64,000 nt of DNA from an uncultured Thiotrichales bacterium (GCA_903870015.1 CAIQBE010000050.1:15984-79983), one strand, 5' to 3'. Counted from the stretch's first letter, positions 31,271 to 42,836 are shown. Notes: a model not told the origin generated them from the letters alone. Translations and numbers: made by a program.

Positions 31271-33391
31271 ATGAAAGTTTTCAAGAAAGTATTTACCTTT
31301 GGTAAACACCAAGTTACCTTAGAAACAGGCGGCATTGCGCGCCAAGCCGATGGCGCAGTGATGGTACGCATGGGCGACACCGTAGTCTTAGTCACGGCCG
31401 TTGCTGCTAAAAAAGTAAAAGATGGCGCAGATTTCTTCCCACTCACTGTCAACTATGTTGAAAAAATGTATGCGGCAGGTAAGATTCCTGGCGGTTTTTT
31501 AAAGCGCGAAGGCCGCCCTAGCGAAAACGAAATCTTAACCGCACGCTTGATCGACCGCCCTTTACGCCCGTTATTTCCTGAAGGCTTCTATAACGAAATC
31601 CAAGTGATCGCGATGGTGATGTCTTTGGACCCAGAAGTCACCCCAGACATCCCAGCGCTACTCGGCGCTTCTGCTGCGATGAGCCTGGCTGGCGTACCTT
31701 TCTTAGGCCCAATTGGTGGCGCACGAGTGGGTTACAAAGATGGTGCTTATCTTTTAAATCCTAGCCGTAACGATATTTTAACCTCTGAACTTGACTTAAT
31801 CGTTGCCGGAACGAACGAAGCCGTACTCATGGTTGAATCTGAGGCAAAACAACTTCCAGAAGAAATCATGTTGGGCGCCGTATTATTTGGCCATCAAGAA
31901 ATGCAAGTCGCAATCCAAGCGATCAAAGAATTAACCGAAGCCGCTGGCAAGCCAAAATGGGATTGGCAAGCAGCCCCCGTCAATCAAGACCTAAAAAGCA
32001 GTATCAGCACTGCCGCTCTTGATGAAATTACTGCAGCCTATGCTGTACGTGAAAAACAAGAACGCTATAGCAAACTTAAAGAATTGCGCGAACGCATCCT
32101 GACCGAATTTGTCAATGAAGAAGCAGGCATAAGCAAAGCCGACGTCTTGGGCATTATCGCCAAACTCGAAGAGCATCATGTACGTAACACCATTATTCAA
32201 GGTGGCTTACGTATTGATGGCCGCGATAATCGGACCATTCGCCCAATTCATATCGAGGCCTCCGTGTTGCCACGCACCCACGGTTCAGCAATCTTTACTC
32301 GCGGCGAGACGCAAGCCATTGTGGTTGCAACCTTAGGCAATGACCGTGATGCACAATTACTTGATGCCGCTCAAGGTGAAAGCCGTGATCGCTTCATGCT
32401 GCATTACAACTTCCCCCCATACTGCGTTGGTGAAACCGGCATGTACGGCAGCCCCAAACGTCGCGAGATCGGCCACGGCAATTTAGCTCGCCGCGCTATC
32501 GAAGGCGTGTTACCTGGCGAAGCTGAATTCCCTTATACCCTGCGCGTGGTTTCAGAAATTACTGAATCCAATGGCTCAAGCTCGATGGCTAGCGTTTGCG
32601 GTAGCACACTATCACTTTTAGATGCAGGTGTACCTTTAAAAGCCTCTGTTGCCGGTATTGCAATGGGCTTGATTAAAGAAGGTAATAAATTTGCAGTCTT
32701 AAGCGACATTCTAGGCGATGAAGATCACCTAGGCGATATGGACTTTAAAGTAGCTGGTAGCCAATATGGTATTACCGCGCTGCAAATGGACATTAAGATT
32801 ACGGGTATCACCAAAGAAATCATGGACGCGGCATTGCTGCAGGCAAAAGAAGGCCGTATGCATATTCTAAAACTCATGAATGAAGTGATTACCACACCCA
32901 ACCCATTATCACCCTACGCACCTCGCATTTACAGCATAAAGATCAATCCTGAAAAATTAAAGGATGTGATCGGTAAAGGCGGCGCAGTGATTCGCGGTCT
33001 CACCGAAGAATTTGGCGTGACCATTGATCTTGCTGATGATGGTACCGTGAAAATTTTTGCGATCGACAAAACCTCAGCAGAAAAAGTGATTAATCGCATC
33101 AACGACATCACCGCCGAAGTTGAAATTGGCGCAATTTATGAAGGAGTAGTAAGTCGCATTGCTGACTTCGGCGCTTTTGTTACCATATTGCCCGGACGTG
33201 ATGGCTTAGTGCATGTATCACAAATTCGTAACGAACGTGTTGAAAACGTTGCGGATCATTTAACCGTAGGCGATGCCGTACGCGTTAAAGTACTTGAGAT
33301 TGACCGCCAGGGTCGTATCCGCTTAAGCATGAAAGAGGTTGACGCCACAAGCGCCGATGCCACCCCTCCTGCTTCTGAAGACGCACCCTAA
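31271..33391 (+). CDS. pnp: polyribonucleotide nucleotidyltransferase (PNPase)
   Basis: 706 aa with two RNase PH domains, KH and S1 ([19 protein letters not shown]). Confidence 0.97.
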   Translation: MKVFKKVFTFGKHQVTLETGGIARQADGAVMVRMGDTVVLVTAVAAKKVKDGADFFPLTVNYVEKMYAAGKIPGGFLKREGRPSENEILTARLIDRPLRPLFPEGFYNEIQVIAMVMSLDPEVTPDIPALLGASAAMSLAGVPFLGPIGGARVGYKDGAYLLNPSRNDILTSELDLIVAGTNEAVLMVESEAKQLPEEIMLGAVLFGHQEMQVAIQAIKELTEAAGKPKWDWQAAPVNQDLKSSISTAALDEITAAYAVREKQERYSKLKELRERILTEFVNEEAGISKADVLGIIAKLEEHHVRNTIIQGGLRIDGRDNRTIRPIHIEASVLPRTHGSAIFTRGETQAIVVATLGNDRDAQLLDAAQGESRDRFMLHYNFPPYCVGETGMYGSPKRREIGHGNLARRAIEGVLPGEAEFPYTLRVVSEITESNGSSSMASVCGSTLSLLDAGVPLKASVAGIAMGLIKEGNKFAVLSDILGDEDHLGDMDFKVAGSQYGITALQMDIKITGITKEIMDAALLQAKEGRMHILKLMNEVITTPNPLSPYAPRIYSIKINPEKLKDVIGKGGAVIRGLTEEFGVTIDLADDGTVKIFAIDKTSAEKVINRINDITAEVEIGAIYEGVVSRIADFGAFVTILPGRDGLVHVSQIRNERVENVADHLTVGDAVRVKVLEIDRQGRIRLSMKEVDATSADATPPASEDAP

Positions 33392-33418
33392 AACATCCTT
33401 TTAAGGAAAAAATCGCAG

Positions 33419-33438
33419 CCGCCGCATCTCTGCGGCGG
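33419..33438 (+). terminator. GC-rich hairpin after pnp
   Basis: ccgccgca tctc tgcggcgg forms an 8-bp stem. The A-run lies upstream and no clear U-run lies downstream, so this may be a 3' stabiliser or weak terminator. Confidence 0.4.
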
Positions 33439-33473
33439 GCTTGCTGACTTTGACTTACTTTGAGGTAATCATT

Positions 33474-34010
33474 ATGCGTTTTTTCGATGATTTTTTTCCA
33501 GCACTCGCTTTCTTTATCGTTTATAAATTTTACGGCATTTATTGGGGCACGTTCACCTTAATCATTGGCTGCGCACTACAAATTATCTACTTGAAGATCA
33601 AATACAAAAAAGTAGAAATGCTCTATTGGATCACTTTTTTTAGCGTTTTGATTTTTGGGGGAGCAACAATTATTTTTCGTGATCCTAAATTTTTAATGTG
33701 GAAAGTAAGCATCGCGAATTGGCTCTTTGGCATTGCGTTCTTAGGTAGCCACTTCTTCAAAAAATCCCTGCTCGAAGTATTCTTAAAGGCTGAAGATGTA
33801 CAAAAATTTCCTGCAGGCACCGTACGCACCTTAAATCACATGTGGGGTTGGTTTTTCTTGATTCTGGGCACACTGAACATTTATATCGGCTATTACTATC
33901 CTTTAAACGTCTGGGTTGATTTTAAAGTATTTGGGATATTCGGGATAACCATTGCCTTTGTAGTCGTACAGGCCTTTTATTTACATCGTAAATTCAAACA
34001 GAGCAGATAA
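33474..34010 (+). CDS. yciB: intracellular septation protein A (YciB/IspZ)
   Basis: 178 aa from ATG 33474. MRFFDDFFPALAFFIVYKF N-terminus and 5 TM helices. Confidence 0.85.
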   Translation: MRFFDDFFPALAFFIVYKFYGIYWGTFTLIIGCALQIIYLKIKYKKVEMLYWITFFSVLIFGGATIIFRDPKFLMWKVSIANWLFGIAFLGSHFFKKSLLEVFLKAEDVQKFPAGTVRTLNHMWGWFFLILGTLNIYIGYYYPLNVWVDFKVFGIFGITIAFVVVQAFYLHRKFKQSR

Positions 34011-34039
34011 AAAAAATCCCACGATCAAGTGGGATTTTT
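34011..34039. terminator. bidirectional rho-independent terminator between yciB and rplT
   Basis: aaaaaaatcccac gatcaa gtgggattttt: a 7-bp GC-containing stem flanked by an A-run and a T-run, so it is functional in both orientations. Confidence 0.75.
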
Positions 34040-34057
34040 CAATTCAATCTCAAAAAC

Positions 34058-34420
34058 TTATTTGCTAGCTAACGCTGCTTTTGCTTTTACAATTAAATCA
34101 CTGAAGGCTGCCGCATCATGCATTGCCAAATCAGCCAATACTTTACGATCCAAAGTAATGCCTGCTTTTTTCATGCCATTGATGAATTGACCATAAGCCA
34201 TTCCCTCAGCACGGCACGCTGCATTAATACGCACGATCCAGAGTGAACGAAAATTACGTTTATTCTGTTTACGGTCGCGATATGCATACTGAGCTGCTTT
34301 GATAACCGCTTGCTTCGCTACACGATACACACGGCTTCTATTACCAAAATAACCTTTCGCGAGCTTTAAAATCTTTTTATGACGGGCACGTGCTGTGACA
34401 CCGCGTTTTACTCTTGCCAT
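34058..34420 (-). CDS. rplT: 50S ribosomal protein L20
   Basis: 120 aa. [24 protein letters not shown]. Confidence 0.97.
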   Translation of the reverse strand: MARVKRGVTARARHKKILKLAKGYFGNRSRVYRVAKQAVIKAAQYAYRDRKQNKRNFRSLWIVRINAACRAEGMAYGQFINGMKKAGITLDRKVLADLAMHDAAAFSDLIVKAKAALASK

Positions 34421-34435
34421 TTTTAAACTCCTCCG

Positions 34436-34633
34436 TTATGCATAAGGCAAGCATTGTTGAATGCTCGCTTGATCGCGTTCGTTAACCAATACCATACCAC
34501 GTAAATGACGCTTACGTTTAGTAGTTTTCTTGGTGAGGATATGGCCACGGTTAGCTTGACGATGTTTAAAACGTCCGCTCCCCGTCTTTTTAAAGCGTTT
34601 TAGAGCACCGCTTTTGCTTTTTAGCTTGGGCAT
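34436..34633 (-). CDS. rpmI: 50S ribosomal protein L35
   Basis: 65 aa. [20 protein letters not shown]. Confidence 0.95.
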   Translation of the reverse strand: MPKLKSKSGALKRFKKTGSGRFKHRQANRGHILTKKTTKRKRHLRGMVLVNERDQASIQQCLPYA

Positions 34634-34718
34634 TTTTATCTCCTAAGTTACCTGGAAAGACGGTTTTTGCCGCTCGACAGGTATGCCAATGAATGTTAAC
34701 CCCTTTTAAGGGAAGCTA

Positions 34719-34746
34719 ATTCTAGCACAAAACCCCCAAAGATCAA
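34719..34746 (-). promoter_or_regulatory. candidate promoter for rpmI-rplT
   Basis: On the minus strand, TTGATC - 16 nt - TAGAAT with a TG extended -10 (tgcTAGAAT). An ~85-nt leader follows, containing a ccctt/agggg hairpin. Confidence 0.45.
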
Positions 34747-34757
34747 AATGGTTTTTT

Positions 34758-36152
34758 TTATACAGGAGCGACCAAAGCCCCTAAAGTATCTTGCGAAGCC
34801 AAAGACGCCGCAGGCCTTCTACGAAGACAACAGCAGAAAACCCCTTGTATCGCCTCTCTCCAAGATTGTGCACGCTCGACAACTTCTCGCTCCTCTGGAA
34901 ATATCTGATCCATAGGCTTAATGGGCCTAAAACAACCAAAAACCCCAGGAACGACAACTTGCCCCTGAGCCGACACCGCACTTGCAGCTGCGCTTGAGTC
35001 TAGTGCAACCACACCTTCGGTGACAGCTGCAACAGAAACTGGAGCTGCCCCCAGCTCAAGCTTATTTCTTAAACGCACTGCCAAGCCATAAGAATTCACA
35101 AAAAACGCACACACTGAGATCACATAGAGCAAAGCCTCATGATCACCCGCTTGAAAAGCGGATGGCGCGATAGAACCAAAAGCGACAAACCCGGTAAAGG
35201 CCAATAAACCTATACGCAAAGGTAAATCAGCACGATCTGACACAAACATAGCCGCAACTTGCTTGGATAACTCAACAAAGCCTCTTTGCGCAAACAAAAC
35301 ACAAAAAGCACCTCGCGTGAGCGCCGAAACATAAGCCATCCAAGGTGCCGTCGTAATTAAATCCGCCAAATAATGATTAAACGGATCATGAAATTCACCC
35401 TGATGCTCAGGAAATCCCTCTAAAGTATTTGCAAAAACTTTATAAGCACCTAGCCCCAAAAATAGCCCCACAGCCAACGAAGGGAGAAGAGCACGCAACT
35501 CAAAGGTATTTTTAGGTTTAAAAACACTAGCAATCATATTCGGCAGCTGAAAAGTACCCGAAGAAAATAATGCCGTAACAAAGACTAAAGCATAGATATC
35601 ATTAAAAATTTGGAACATCAAACTAGCCCAATCAGGCAAATGGTGAGGCGAATCGCCAGAAAAGGCTTCAATACCTTCCTGACCAGGAATTTTAGTGGTA
35701 AAACTAGTATTAAACGCAGCAAAGACCACCAACAAGCCAAGCGCAAGTTTTGCAGCCTCCCCAAGCCCTTCCGAACAAGAGCTTACACCTCTTACACGAT
35801 GTAAATATTGCTTTAGCGGCAATGCCAAATCCTCTTCAACCGCCAACACATCAAAATAAACATTGGCTAAAACCGCACACAATACAAAATAAACGCCATA
35901 GCCCCATTGCTTGGCGGGCGTATCATATTTGGCCGCCTGCGCAGCACTCGTGAAACCATAATTGATAGAGGTAAATACAGCCACCAAAAGCGCGATATAA
36001 AAAGCTGCTTGTTTTTCCCCCGCGGTTAACTTAACAGACTCATGAGCTGCGGACCCCTCTGGCGGTGCCGGATGAGGTTGAAGTGGCTGCAGAGGCACTA
36101 CCACATCAAATGCAGGCTGCGAATTAGTGGGTTGATCAGAATCGTATGTCAT
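34758..36152 (-). CDS. hypothetical polytopic membrane protein (ORFan)
   Basis: 464 aa. Pro/Gln-rich N-terminus, about 10 hydrophobic segments, and an Ala/Ser/Val-rich C-terminal region with a CCC motif. Visibly GC-richer than its neighbours. No motif recognised. Confidence 0.6.
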   Translation of the reverse strand: MTYDSDQPTNSQPAFDVVVPLQPLQPHPAPPEGSAAHESVKLTAGEKQAAFYIALLVAVFTSINYGFTSAAQAAKYDTPAKQWGYGVYFVLCAVLANVYFDVLAVEEDLALPLKQYLHRVRGVSSCSEGLGEAAKLALGLLVVFAAFNTSFTTKIPGQEGIEAFSGDSPHHLPDWASLMFQIFNDIYALVFVTALFSSGTFQLPNMIASVFKPKNTFELRALLPSLAVGLFLGLGAYKVFANTLEGFPEHQGEFHDPFNHYLADLITTAPWMAYVSALTRGAFCVLFAQRGFVELSKQVAAMFVSDRADLPLRIGLLAFTGFVAFGSIAPSAFQAGDHEALLYVISVCAFFVNSYGLAVRLRNKLELGAAPVSVAAVTEGVVALDSSAAASAVSAQGQVVVPGVFGCFRPIKPMDQIFPEEREVVERAQSWREAIQGVFCCCLRRRPAASLASQDTLGALVAPV

Positions 36153-36221
36153 AAGAATATTCCTTAATTCTAAATTTTTATAATGCTGGGATGTATGAGA
36201 AAAATAAAAAGGGCCAGAGTA

Positions 36222-36344
36222 TTATGCCTGACCAGGCATACCCATCATCATAGACAGAACGACAAAAAAAGCTAACAGAGATGCGCCAGTGACAATGACC
36301 ACCGGAACTAAAGAAACCACTTTTGCTTTAGCTTGTTTACGCAT
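36222..36344 (-). CDS. possible 40-aa small membrane protein
   Basis: MRKQAKAKVVSLVPVVIVTGASLLAFFVVLSMMMGMPGQA: a basic N-terminus and a single TM helix. Lies ~70 nt upstream of, and co-oriented with, the 464-aa membrane protein gene. The RBS is weak (AAGGA, 12-nt spacing). An 8-bp palindrome (36223-36240) spans the stop codon. Below the ORF-track size cutoff. Confidence 0.3.
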   Translation of the reverse strand: MRKQAKAKVVSLVPVVIVTGASLLAFFVVLSMMMGMPGQA

Positions 36345-36486
36345 TTTCTTACAAAATCCTTATGAATACTGGGATTATATCCAAAAAACATATTTATGTC
36401 AAACAAATTTTTTATGGGCACCTTATTATACAATTATCTATTTTTTTGATATAATAACCCTATAGTACGTAGGTAAGGAGTAAATA

Positions 36487-36921
36487 ATGGATCTGAAAAA
36501 ACCCGGCTCAAACTTTACCAATGAACATGGCAAATTAGATGTAAAGCGGCTTTTGAACGCTAGCTCAAAGATATTGCCTAATTTTATTAATAAACGCAAA
36601 CACAAAGATAGCGAAAGCGGTGGTAACGAAAGTGGCACACCCGGCTATAGCAATAGCAGCACTGCAGTTCTTGAGGTAATTGCCGCCATTGCTGCAGCCG
36701 ACCAACGCCCGCACTACTCACCCTCTAATAGCAAAGATGCGGTCAACGCGCTTGCCGCCAGCGCACAAAACGCTTTAGATCTTTCTGCCGGCCTCGGCAT
36801 GACGCCCGGCAGAAGCAGCTTTCCTGACCATCAGTATCCTAGCGGAATTAATCCTGATTATGCTAAAAAAGGGGCCAAAGCTTCAGATCACAATAAAAAA
36901 GGACCGGAAGATAAACCATAA
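36487..36921 (+). CDS. hypothetical low-complexity protein (ORFan)
   Basis: 144 aa. AAGGAG RBS 7 nt upstream. Predicted largely disordered (Ser/Gly/Asn/Lys/Pro-rich) with one short hydrophobic/Ala-rich segment. Confidence 0.55.
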   Translation: MDLKKPGSNFTNEHGKLDVKRLLNASSKILPNFINKRKHKDSESGGNESGTPGYSNSSTAVLEVIAAIAAADQRPHYSPSNSKDAVNALAASAQNALDLSAGLGMTPGRSSFPDHQYPSGINPDYAKKGAKASDHNKKGPEDKP

Positions 36922-36924
36922 AAA

Positions 36925-38334
36925 CTATTCCTTGTCATCTAACCTAAAATTCGCCGCGGTAACAAAATCTCTAATTGTTGGCTTCACCACCGCTTTTTTC
37001 TGCGGACGAATACGAATACAACCATTAAAAAACAAAGAATGCTTTGGAAATACTAACTCTTTATCAATGCTCAGATTTTCAAATAATTTCATAAAACGTG
37101 CATCCTCCTCAATCGCAGGGGTAACATCAGTAACGACTTCCTCACCATTGCCTTGGGGATGAAAAAACTCAAACTCAACTTCTTGCAAGGTTTGATACAA
37201 AATGGTATTTTCGAGCGAGATCGGAAATTTATTTTCCAAAACCTGCTGCTTAAAAGAATAAATCAAATTACGAATTTCCATGAGCTCATCAACCGTACGA
37301 TTGGCATTAGAGCGTTCAGGGATATGATATAAAAACGTATGGCGCTGCAAAGAATAATAAATCGGTTCCGAGCGATTATAATAATTAAGCTCCATAAACA
37401 CTGGCAGGTAATAACGAATACGATACGTATTTAAAAAAATATCTCGAAGACCCGCAAGCGGACCTTGATCATTGGTCTCTACCGGAACAAAACCAGGAAC
37501 CTCACCCATGGCAAGCTTAATAATATGCTTGACCGTTTCAACCACAAACGGCGTATTTTTAATACCCGCCGCTAATTTATCGGTAAAGACTGACCAAATC
37601 AAATCATACATCATTTGATTACTAGAGAACTGGTTATATTTGATGATTTGTTTCGCCAAGATCACCTGAACTTCCTGATCTTTCTCCATTAAATCAAATA
37701 AGGGCCGAGTAAAGAGCAAGACCTCAGTATGCCATGGATCTTTAAACTCTGGGGCTTGCGCTAACTCTCTAAATAATGCCCATTGTTCTGGAAAATGCTT
37801 GGGGCATAAGTATTGTTTATTGATCGTAAAGTTTTTGCTGAGACGCTCGTTATACTGCTCATGAGAAATTTTTGGCAATACTAATAATGAACGAGAACCT
37901 GCAGTATAACTATACGCCATATTCACCGCATGGCTTTTTTTATCAGTATAAAAAAGATTATAAATACTAAAAACAGCCCCTGGCTTTAAAATTCTTAAAG
38001 GAATAAGATGGGATGGCAAATCCACAAAACATTCTAATGAGCCCTTCATTACCGCCATCGTCGGCATGAAATTATAAGGATAATCCAAAAGCTTAAGATA
38101 TTCAGAAGGAAGATCTGGATCATTATAGGGCAACAACTTATTTTGATAGGTGAGTTTGAGCTTACCGCATTCAACCACAGGATCACCATAACGATAACGT
38201 AACTTAATAAAAGGATTTTTGACATTCGCCGCAAGTCTAGACAAAGGTTCATAGAGATCCGGAAGCAAGGTTTTTACTTGCGCCGAGACATCTTGCCAAC
38301 TTAAAATTTCGAAATTATTTGCTTCTGCTACCAC
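36925..38334 (-). CDS. hypothetical protein (ORFan) downstream of kdpC
   Basis: 469 aa, soluble, Tyr/Phe/Leu-rich. No P-loop, no HExxH and no repeat seen. GTG start with no clear RBS, so the start is uncertain. Its stop lies 3 nt from the stop of the convergent 144-aa gene. Confidence 0.6.
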   Translation of the reverse strand: MVAEANNFEILSWQDVSAQVKTLLPDLYEPLSRLAANVKNPFIKLRYRYGDPVVECGKLKLTYQNKLLPYNDPDLPSEYLKLLDYPYNFMPTMAVMKGSLECFVDLPSHLIPLRILKPGAVFSIYNLFYTDKKSHAVNMAYSYTAGSRSLLVLPKISHEQYNERLSKNFTINKQYLCPKHFPEQWALFRELAQAPEFKDPWHTEVLLFTRPLFDLMEKDQEVQVILAKQIIKYNQFSSNQMMYDLIWSVFTDKLAAGIKNTPFVVETVKHIIKLAMGEVPGFVPVETNDQGPLAGLRDIFLNTYRIRYYLPVFMELNYYNRSEPIYYSLQRHTFLYHIPERSNANRTVDELMEIRNLIYSFKQQVLENKFPISLENTILYQTLQEVEFEFFHPQGNGEEVVTDVTPAIEEDARFMKLFENLSIDKELVFPKHSLFFNGCIRIRPQKKAVVKPTIRDFVTAANFRLDDKE

Positions 38335-38415
38335 ATTCTTATTTTATTAATTTCACTAATAAAGATTCTAACATAAACTGAAATAACAAAGCGATAGCTG
38401 ACAGTCATCACAAAC

Positions 38416-38991
38416 CTATAAAGCATCCAAAGCTTGATTTAAATTTAACACATTCACGCGTGGCTCACCCAAAAAACCAAGCTGTCTTGGCGTAATATGT
38501 GTAGCAATAAGGGTATTAACCGTGGCAACAGGAAGATGACGCAATGCCGCAATACGAGGCGCCTGATAATAGGCTGAGGCCAAAGAAATATCGGGATCAA
38601 GACCACTGGCTGAAGCAGTAATTAAATCAATCGGAATCAACTGGGTTTGATCAGGATCTTCTTTTTGCAAAAATGCCGCACGCGTTTTTAATGAGGCTAA
38701 TAATTGAGGGCTAGTGGGACTTAAGCTTGAACCACCAGAGGCCAAGGCATTATAAGCCGGACTAGCCGCAGAGGGTCGAGAAAAAAAGTACTTAGGATTT
38801 TGAAAACTCTGGCCAATCAGACGGGACCCGATCACCTGCCCTTGTGTATTTTGGATTAAACTCCCCGTCACCTGCTGCGGAAAAAAAAGCCGCCCCACAC
38901 CAGTGATAAACAAAGGATACAATATTCCTAACAAAATGCTCAAAAATACCATTGCCATAAAACTTCTACGTAGCTGTGACCAAAATGACAT
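38416..38991 (-). CDS. kdpC: potassium-transporting ATPase subunit KdpC
   Basis: 191 aa. N-terminal TM helix, then SGGSSLSPTS and ASGLDPDIS motifs. Confidence 0.92.
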   Translation of the reverse strand: MSFWSQLRRSFMAMVFLSILLGILYPLFITGVGRLFFPQQVTGSLIQNTQGQVIGSRLIGQSFQNPKYFFSRPSAASPAYNALASGGSSLSPTSPQLLASLKTRAAFLQKEDPDQTQLIPIDLITASASGLDPDISLASAYYQAPRIAALRHLPVATVNTLIATHITPRQLGFLGEPRVNVLNLNQALDAL

Positions 38992-39003
38992 CGTACTTAT
39001 CTC

Positions 39004-41085
39004 CTACGCTAAATGTAAAAAAGTTAAAACCATATCAATCAACTTAATGCCAATAAAGGGAACAAGCAAACCAGCTCCCCCATAAATTAAGCTATTAATT
39101 CTTAATAAGGAGAGTGCAGACACCTGACGATATTTCACCCCTCGCAACGCCAAAGGAATTAAGAAAATAATAATCAAAGCATTAAAAATAACAGCAGACA
39201 AGATAGCACTATCAGGGCTCGTTAAATGCATAATATTGAGGGCATGCAATGCCGGATAGGTACCGACAAAGGCAGCTGGAATAATAGCAAAATATTTAGC
39301 AATATCATTGGCAATACTAAAAGTAGTGAGCGCACCACGAGTCATAAGCAGCTGCTTACCAATCTCAACAATTTCTAATAATTTCGTTGGATTTGAATCC
39401 AAATCTACCATATTGCCCGCTTCTTTTGCAGCTTGCGTTCCGGTATTCATAGCCAAAGCCACATCTGCCTGAGCCAAGGCTGGTGCATCATTGGTACCAT
39501 CCCCCGTCATCGCAACCAAACGACCATCGGCTTGCATATTGCGGATATATTTCAATTTATCCTCAGGCGTTGCATTCGCTAAAAAGTCATCAACACCAGC
39601 CTCAGCAGCAATCGCTGCTGCAGTCAGTGGATTATCCCCAGTCACCATAATGGTTTTAATACCCATTTTACGCAAAGCCGCAAAACGCTCTTTAATTCCG
39701 CCTTTCACAATATCTTTAAGACGAATCACCCCTAAAACATGGGCACCATCAGCAACAACTAAAGGCGTACCACCTTGCTGAGCAACACTATCAACAAGAT
39801 CCTTCACTGCGGGTGGGAAGGCCCCCCCTAATTTCTCAACATGCGCCTTGACCGCATCAGCAGCCCCCTTGCGAATACTACGCCCCGGAACGCCCGGCAT
39901 ATCCACACCACTCATCCGTGTTTGTGCCGTAAAGGGGACAAAAGTCGCTTGTAACTCCGTTAAATCCCTACCACGCAAACCATGCTGCTCTTTAGCCAAA
40001 ACGACAATACTACGCCCTTCTGGCGTCTCATCGGCGAGTGAGGATAATTGTGCCGCATCTGCTAATAACTCTAAAGTCACACCAGGGGCTGGCAAAAATT
40101 CTGTCGCCTGACGATTTCCGAGCGTAATCGTACCCGTTTTATCAAGCAACAATACATCGACATCCCCTGCCGCCTCAACTGCACGCCCAGACATCGCGAT
40201 CACATTAGCACGAATCATGCGATCCATACCGGCAATACCAATTGCCGACAACAAACCACCAATTGTGGTAGGCGCAAGACAGACAAATAACGCTACCAAT
40301 ACAGTCAAGCCGACCACCACACCTTGACCTGACGCAGTCACGCTATAAATAGAAAACGGCAACAAAGTCGCACATACTAATAAAAACACAATGGTTAAAG
40401 TCACAAGCAAAATATTTAAAGCAATTTCATTAGGCGTCTTTTGGCGCTTGGCACCTTCGACTAAGCCAATCATATGATCTAAAAAGCTTTCACCCGGATT
40501 CGTTGAAATCTTAATAATCAGCCAATCAGATAAGACTTGGGTACCGCCAGTCACAGAACTACGATCCCCACCGCTTTCACGAATCACAGGCGCACTCTCA
40601 CCAGTAATCGCACTTTCATTGACTGAGGCTACCCCTTCGATCACCTCACCATCACCAGGAATAAAATCACCCGCCTCAACCAAAACGATATTGCCCATAT
40701 GCAAATCGCTTGAGGGAATCATCTTAAACGCACTATTGCGCTTAGGCTCTGCTAAAAGCTTCGCCTGAGTATCACGCCTAGCTTTACGCAAAGTATCAGC
40801 CTGGGCTTTACCACGCCCCTCTGCAACTGCCTCCGCAAAATTCGCACACCACAAGGTAAACCAAAGCCACAAAGTAATCGCTAAAATAAAAGTGCTAGGA
40901 GCATCTTTAAAATTAAAAAAACTGAGGACAAACAAAAGCGTGGTAAACCAAGCACCCACATACACCGTAAACATCACGGGATTTTTAACTTGCTTCATGG
41001 GAGATAGTTTCGTAAACGCCCCAATAAAAGCTTCTTTTAAAATATGGGGTTCGAACAATGAAAGTTTTTGAGTTTTATGATTCAT
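39004..41085 (-). CDS. kdpB: potassium-transporting P-type ATPase subunit KdpB
   Basis: 693 aa. DKTGTIT phosphorylation site, TGDNPLTA and [10 protein letters not shown]. Confidence 0.97.
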   Translation of the reverse strand: MNHKTQKLSLFEPHILKEAFIGAFTKLSPMKQVKNPVMFTVYVGAWFTTLLFVLSFFNFKDAPSTFILAITLWLWFTLWCANFAEAVAEGRGKAQADTLRKARRDTQAKLLAEPKRNSAFKMIPSSDLHMGNIVLVEAGDFIPGDGEVIEGVASVNESAITGESAPVIRESGGDRSSVTGGTQVLSDWLIIKISTNPGESFLDHMIGLVEGAKRQKTPNEIALNILLVTLTIVFLLVCATLLPFSIYSVTASGQGVVVGLTVLVALFVCLAPTTIGGLLSAIGIAGMDRMIRANVIAMSGRAVEAAGDVDVLLLDKTGTITLGNRQATEFLPAPGVTLELLADAAQLSSLADETPEGRSIVVLAKEQHGLRGRDLTELQATFVPFTAQTRMSGVDMPGVPGRSIRKGAADAVKAHVEKLGGAFPPAVKDLVDSVAQQGGTPLVVADGAHVLGVIRLKDIVKGGIKERFAALRKMGIKTIMVTGDNPLTAAAIAAEAGVDDFLANATPEDKLKYIRNMQADGRLVAMTGDGTNDAPALAQADVALAMNTGTQAAKEAGNMVDLDSNPTKLLEIVEIGKQLLMTRGALTTFSIANDIAKYFAIIPAAFVGTYPALHALNIMHLTSPDSAILSAVIFNALIIIFLIPLALRGVKYRQVSALSLLRINSLIYGGAGLLVPFIGIKLIDMVLTFLHLA

Positions 41086-41093
41086 GATTGACC

Positions 41094-42836
41094 TTATACG
41101 TTATACATTTGTAATTGTTCTGCGATAGGACCTAAGATTAACGAGGGCATAAACGTCAACCCAGCAATAATCAAGACCACAAACACTAACATCCCAATAA
41201 AAAAGCCACTATAAGTAGGCAGTGTACCAGCACCGACAGGAATATGTTTTTTAGCAGCTAGAGAGCCTGCAATCGCGATAACCGGAATAATGACACCAAA
41301 ACGCCCCAGCAACATAATGAGACTGCCGAGTATATTAAAGAAATTATTATTAACATTAAGCCCCGCAAAAGCACTACCGTTATTATTCGCCATTGAAGTA
41401 AAAGCATAAAGCAGTTCAGTAAAGCCATGCGCTCCGGAGTTACCTAAATTAGCAAGTATACTTTTATCAACCGCAGCAAAAGCCGTAGGAATCAACACAA
41501 TCGTTGGAATCAGTAACACAACTAAAGCTGCCATTTGTATTTCAAAGGCCTCAATTTTTTTACCCAAATATTCCGGGGTACGCCCAACCATCAGGCCTGC
41601 AATAAACACCGTCAAGATCACCATCAACAACAAGCCATAAAGCCCTGTGCCAATACCACCATAGACAACCTCACCCAACTGCATTAAAAACAAAGACACC
41701 ATACCACCCATCGGCGTGTAAGAGTCAACAACACTATTCACTGAACCATTGGATGCAGCAGTCGTAGCCACAGCATACAACGAAGAATCATCAATACCAA
41801 AGCGCAACTCTTTGCCTTCCATATTACCGCCAGGGGCTGCATGCACTCCGAGATTTTGCTGAATATCCACATTAGCAATTTGGCTCAAAGCAGGATTACC
41901 AATGTGTTCAACATAATTAGACAAACAAGCAAACGGAATAAAAATAATCGTCATTGCAAAAAATAGCGCCCAACCCTGACGCGTATCACGCACCATACGG
42001 CCAAAGGTATAACACAAAGCCGCAGGAATTAAAATCAAGGCAATCATTTCAAAAAAATTACTTAACGGCGTTGGATTCTCAAAAGGATGCGCTGAGTTCG
42101 CATTAAAAAAGCCACCACCATTCGTGCCCAATTCTTTAATAGCCTCTTGTGATGCCACAGGGCCCATTGGAATGGTTTGCGTTAAGGCACTATTACTAAC
42201 ATCAAGTACATGCGCGGTAACATAAGGGCTAAAATTCTGCAATACTCCTTGCGACATCAATACGATTGCCCAAATAATTGACAAAGGCACAAGGATATAA
42301 AGAATACCTCTAATCAAATCGACCCAGAAATTACCAAGATCTTTAGTCTCTTTGCGAATAAAACCACGAATCAACACAAGTAAAACCGAAAAACCCGTCG
42401 CAGCTGAAATAAAGTTATGAACTGCAAGCCCAATCATTTGACTAAAATAACTCATCGTGGCCTCACCACCATAAGCCTGCCAATTGGTATTCGTCATAAA
42501 GCTAACTGCGGTATTGAGCGCCAAAGGAAAAGATAGATTATCAAGATGGGCAGGATTAAGCGGCAACCATTTTTGAACGAGTAAAATCAGCAAAAGAAAA
42601 ATAAAAGACATAAAATTAAATGCCAGTAACGCACCCAAATATTGCTTCCAATCCATTTCACGTGCCGCATTAACACCACAAGATTTATAAAAAAGCCGCT
42701 CCACAGGACCAAACACACGCCCCAAAAAAGTAGACCTCTGTTCAAAAACAGCCGCCATATAAGCACCAAGCGGCTTAACTAATAACAATACCACAATCAT
42801 AAAAATCGAAAGTTGCAAAATAGCATTCTCGGTCAT
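41094..42836 (-). CDS. kdpA: potassium-transporting ATPase subunit KdpA
   Basis: 580 aa, polytopic. [10 protein letters not shown] and GTNGGGF selectivity-filter-like motifs. Confidence 0.95.
   Translation of the reverse strand: MTENAILQLSIFMIVVLLLVKPLGAYMAAVFEQRSTFLGRVFGPVERLFYKSCGVNAAREMDWKQYLGALLAFNFMSFIFLLLILLVQKWLPLNPAHLDNLSFPLALNTAVSFMTNTNWQAYGGEATMSYFSQMIGLAVHNFISAATGFSVLLVLIRGFIRKETKDLGNFWVDLIRGILYILVPLSIIWAIVLMSQGVLQNFSPYVTAHVLDVSNSALTQTIPMGPVASQEAIKELGTNGGGFFNANSAHPFENPTPLSNFFEMIALILIPAALCYTFGRMVRDTRQGWALFFAMTIIFIPFACLSNYVEHIGNPALSQIANVDIQQNLGVHAAPGGNMEGKELRFGIDDSSLYAVATTAASNGSVNSVVDSYTPMGGMVSLFLMQLGEVVYGGIGTGLYGLLLMVILTVFIAGLMVGRTPEYLGKKIEAFEIQMAALVVLLIPTIVLIPTAFAAVDKSILANLGNSGAHGFTELLYAFTSMANNNGSAFAGLNVNNNFFNILGSLIMLLGRFGVIIPVIAIAGSLAAKKHIPVGAGTLPTYSGFFIGMLVFVVLIIAGLTFMPSLILGPIAEQLQMYNV

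Noticed and set aside
36860-37162. 100-aa + strand ORF overlapping the 3' end of the 469-aa gene
   Set aside because: It lies fully within the longer minus-strand ORF and overlaps the end of the 144-aa gene in another frame. No RBS is present.
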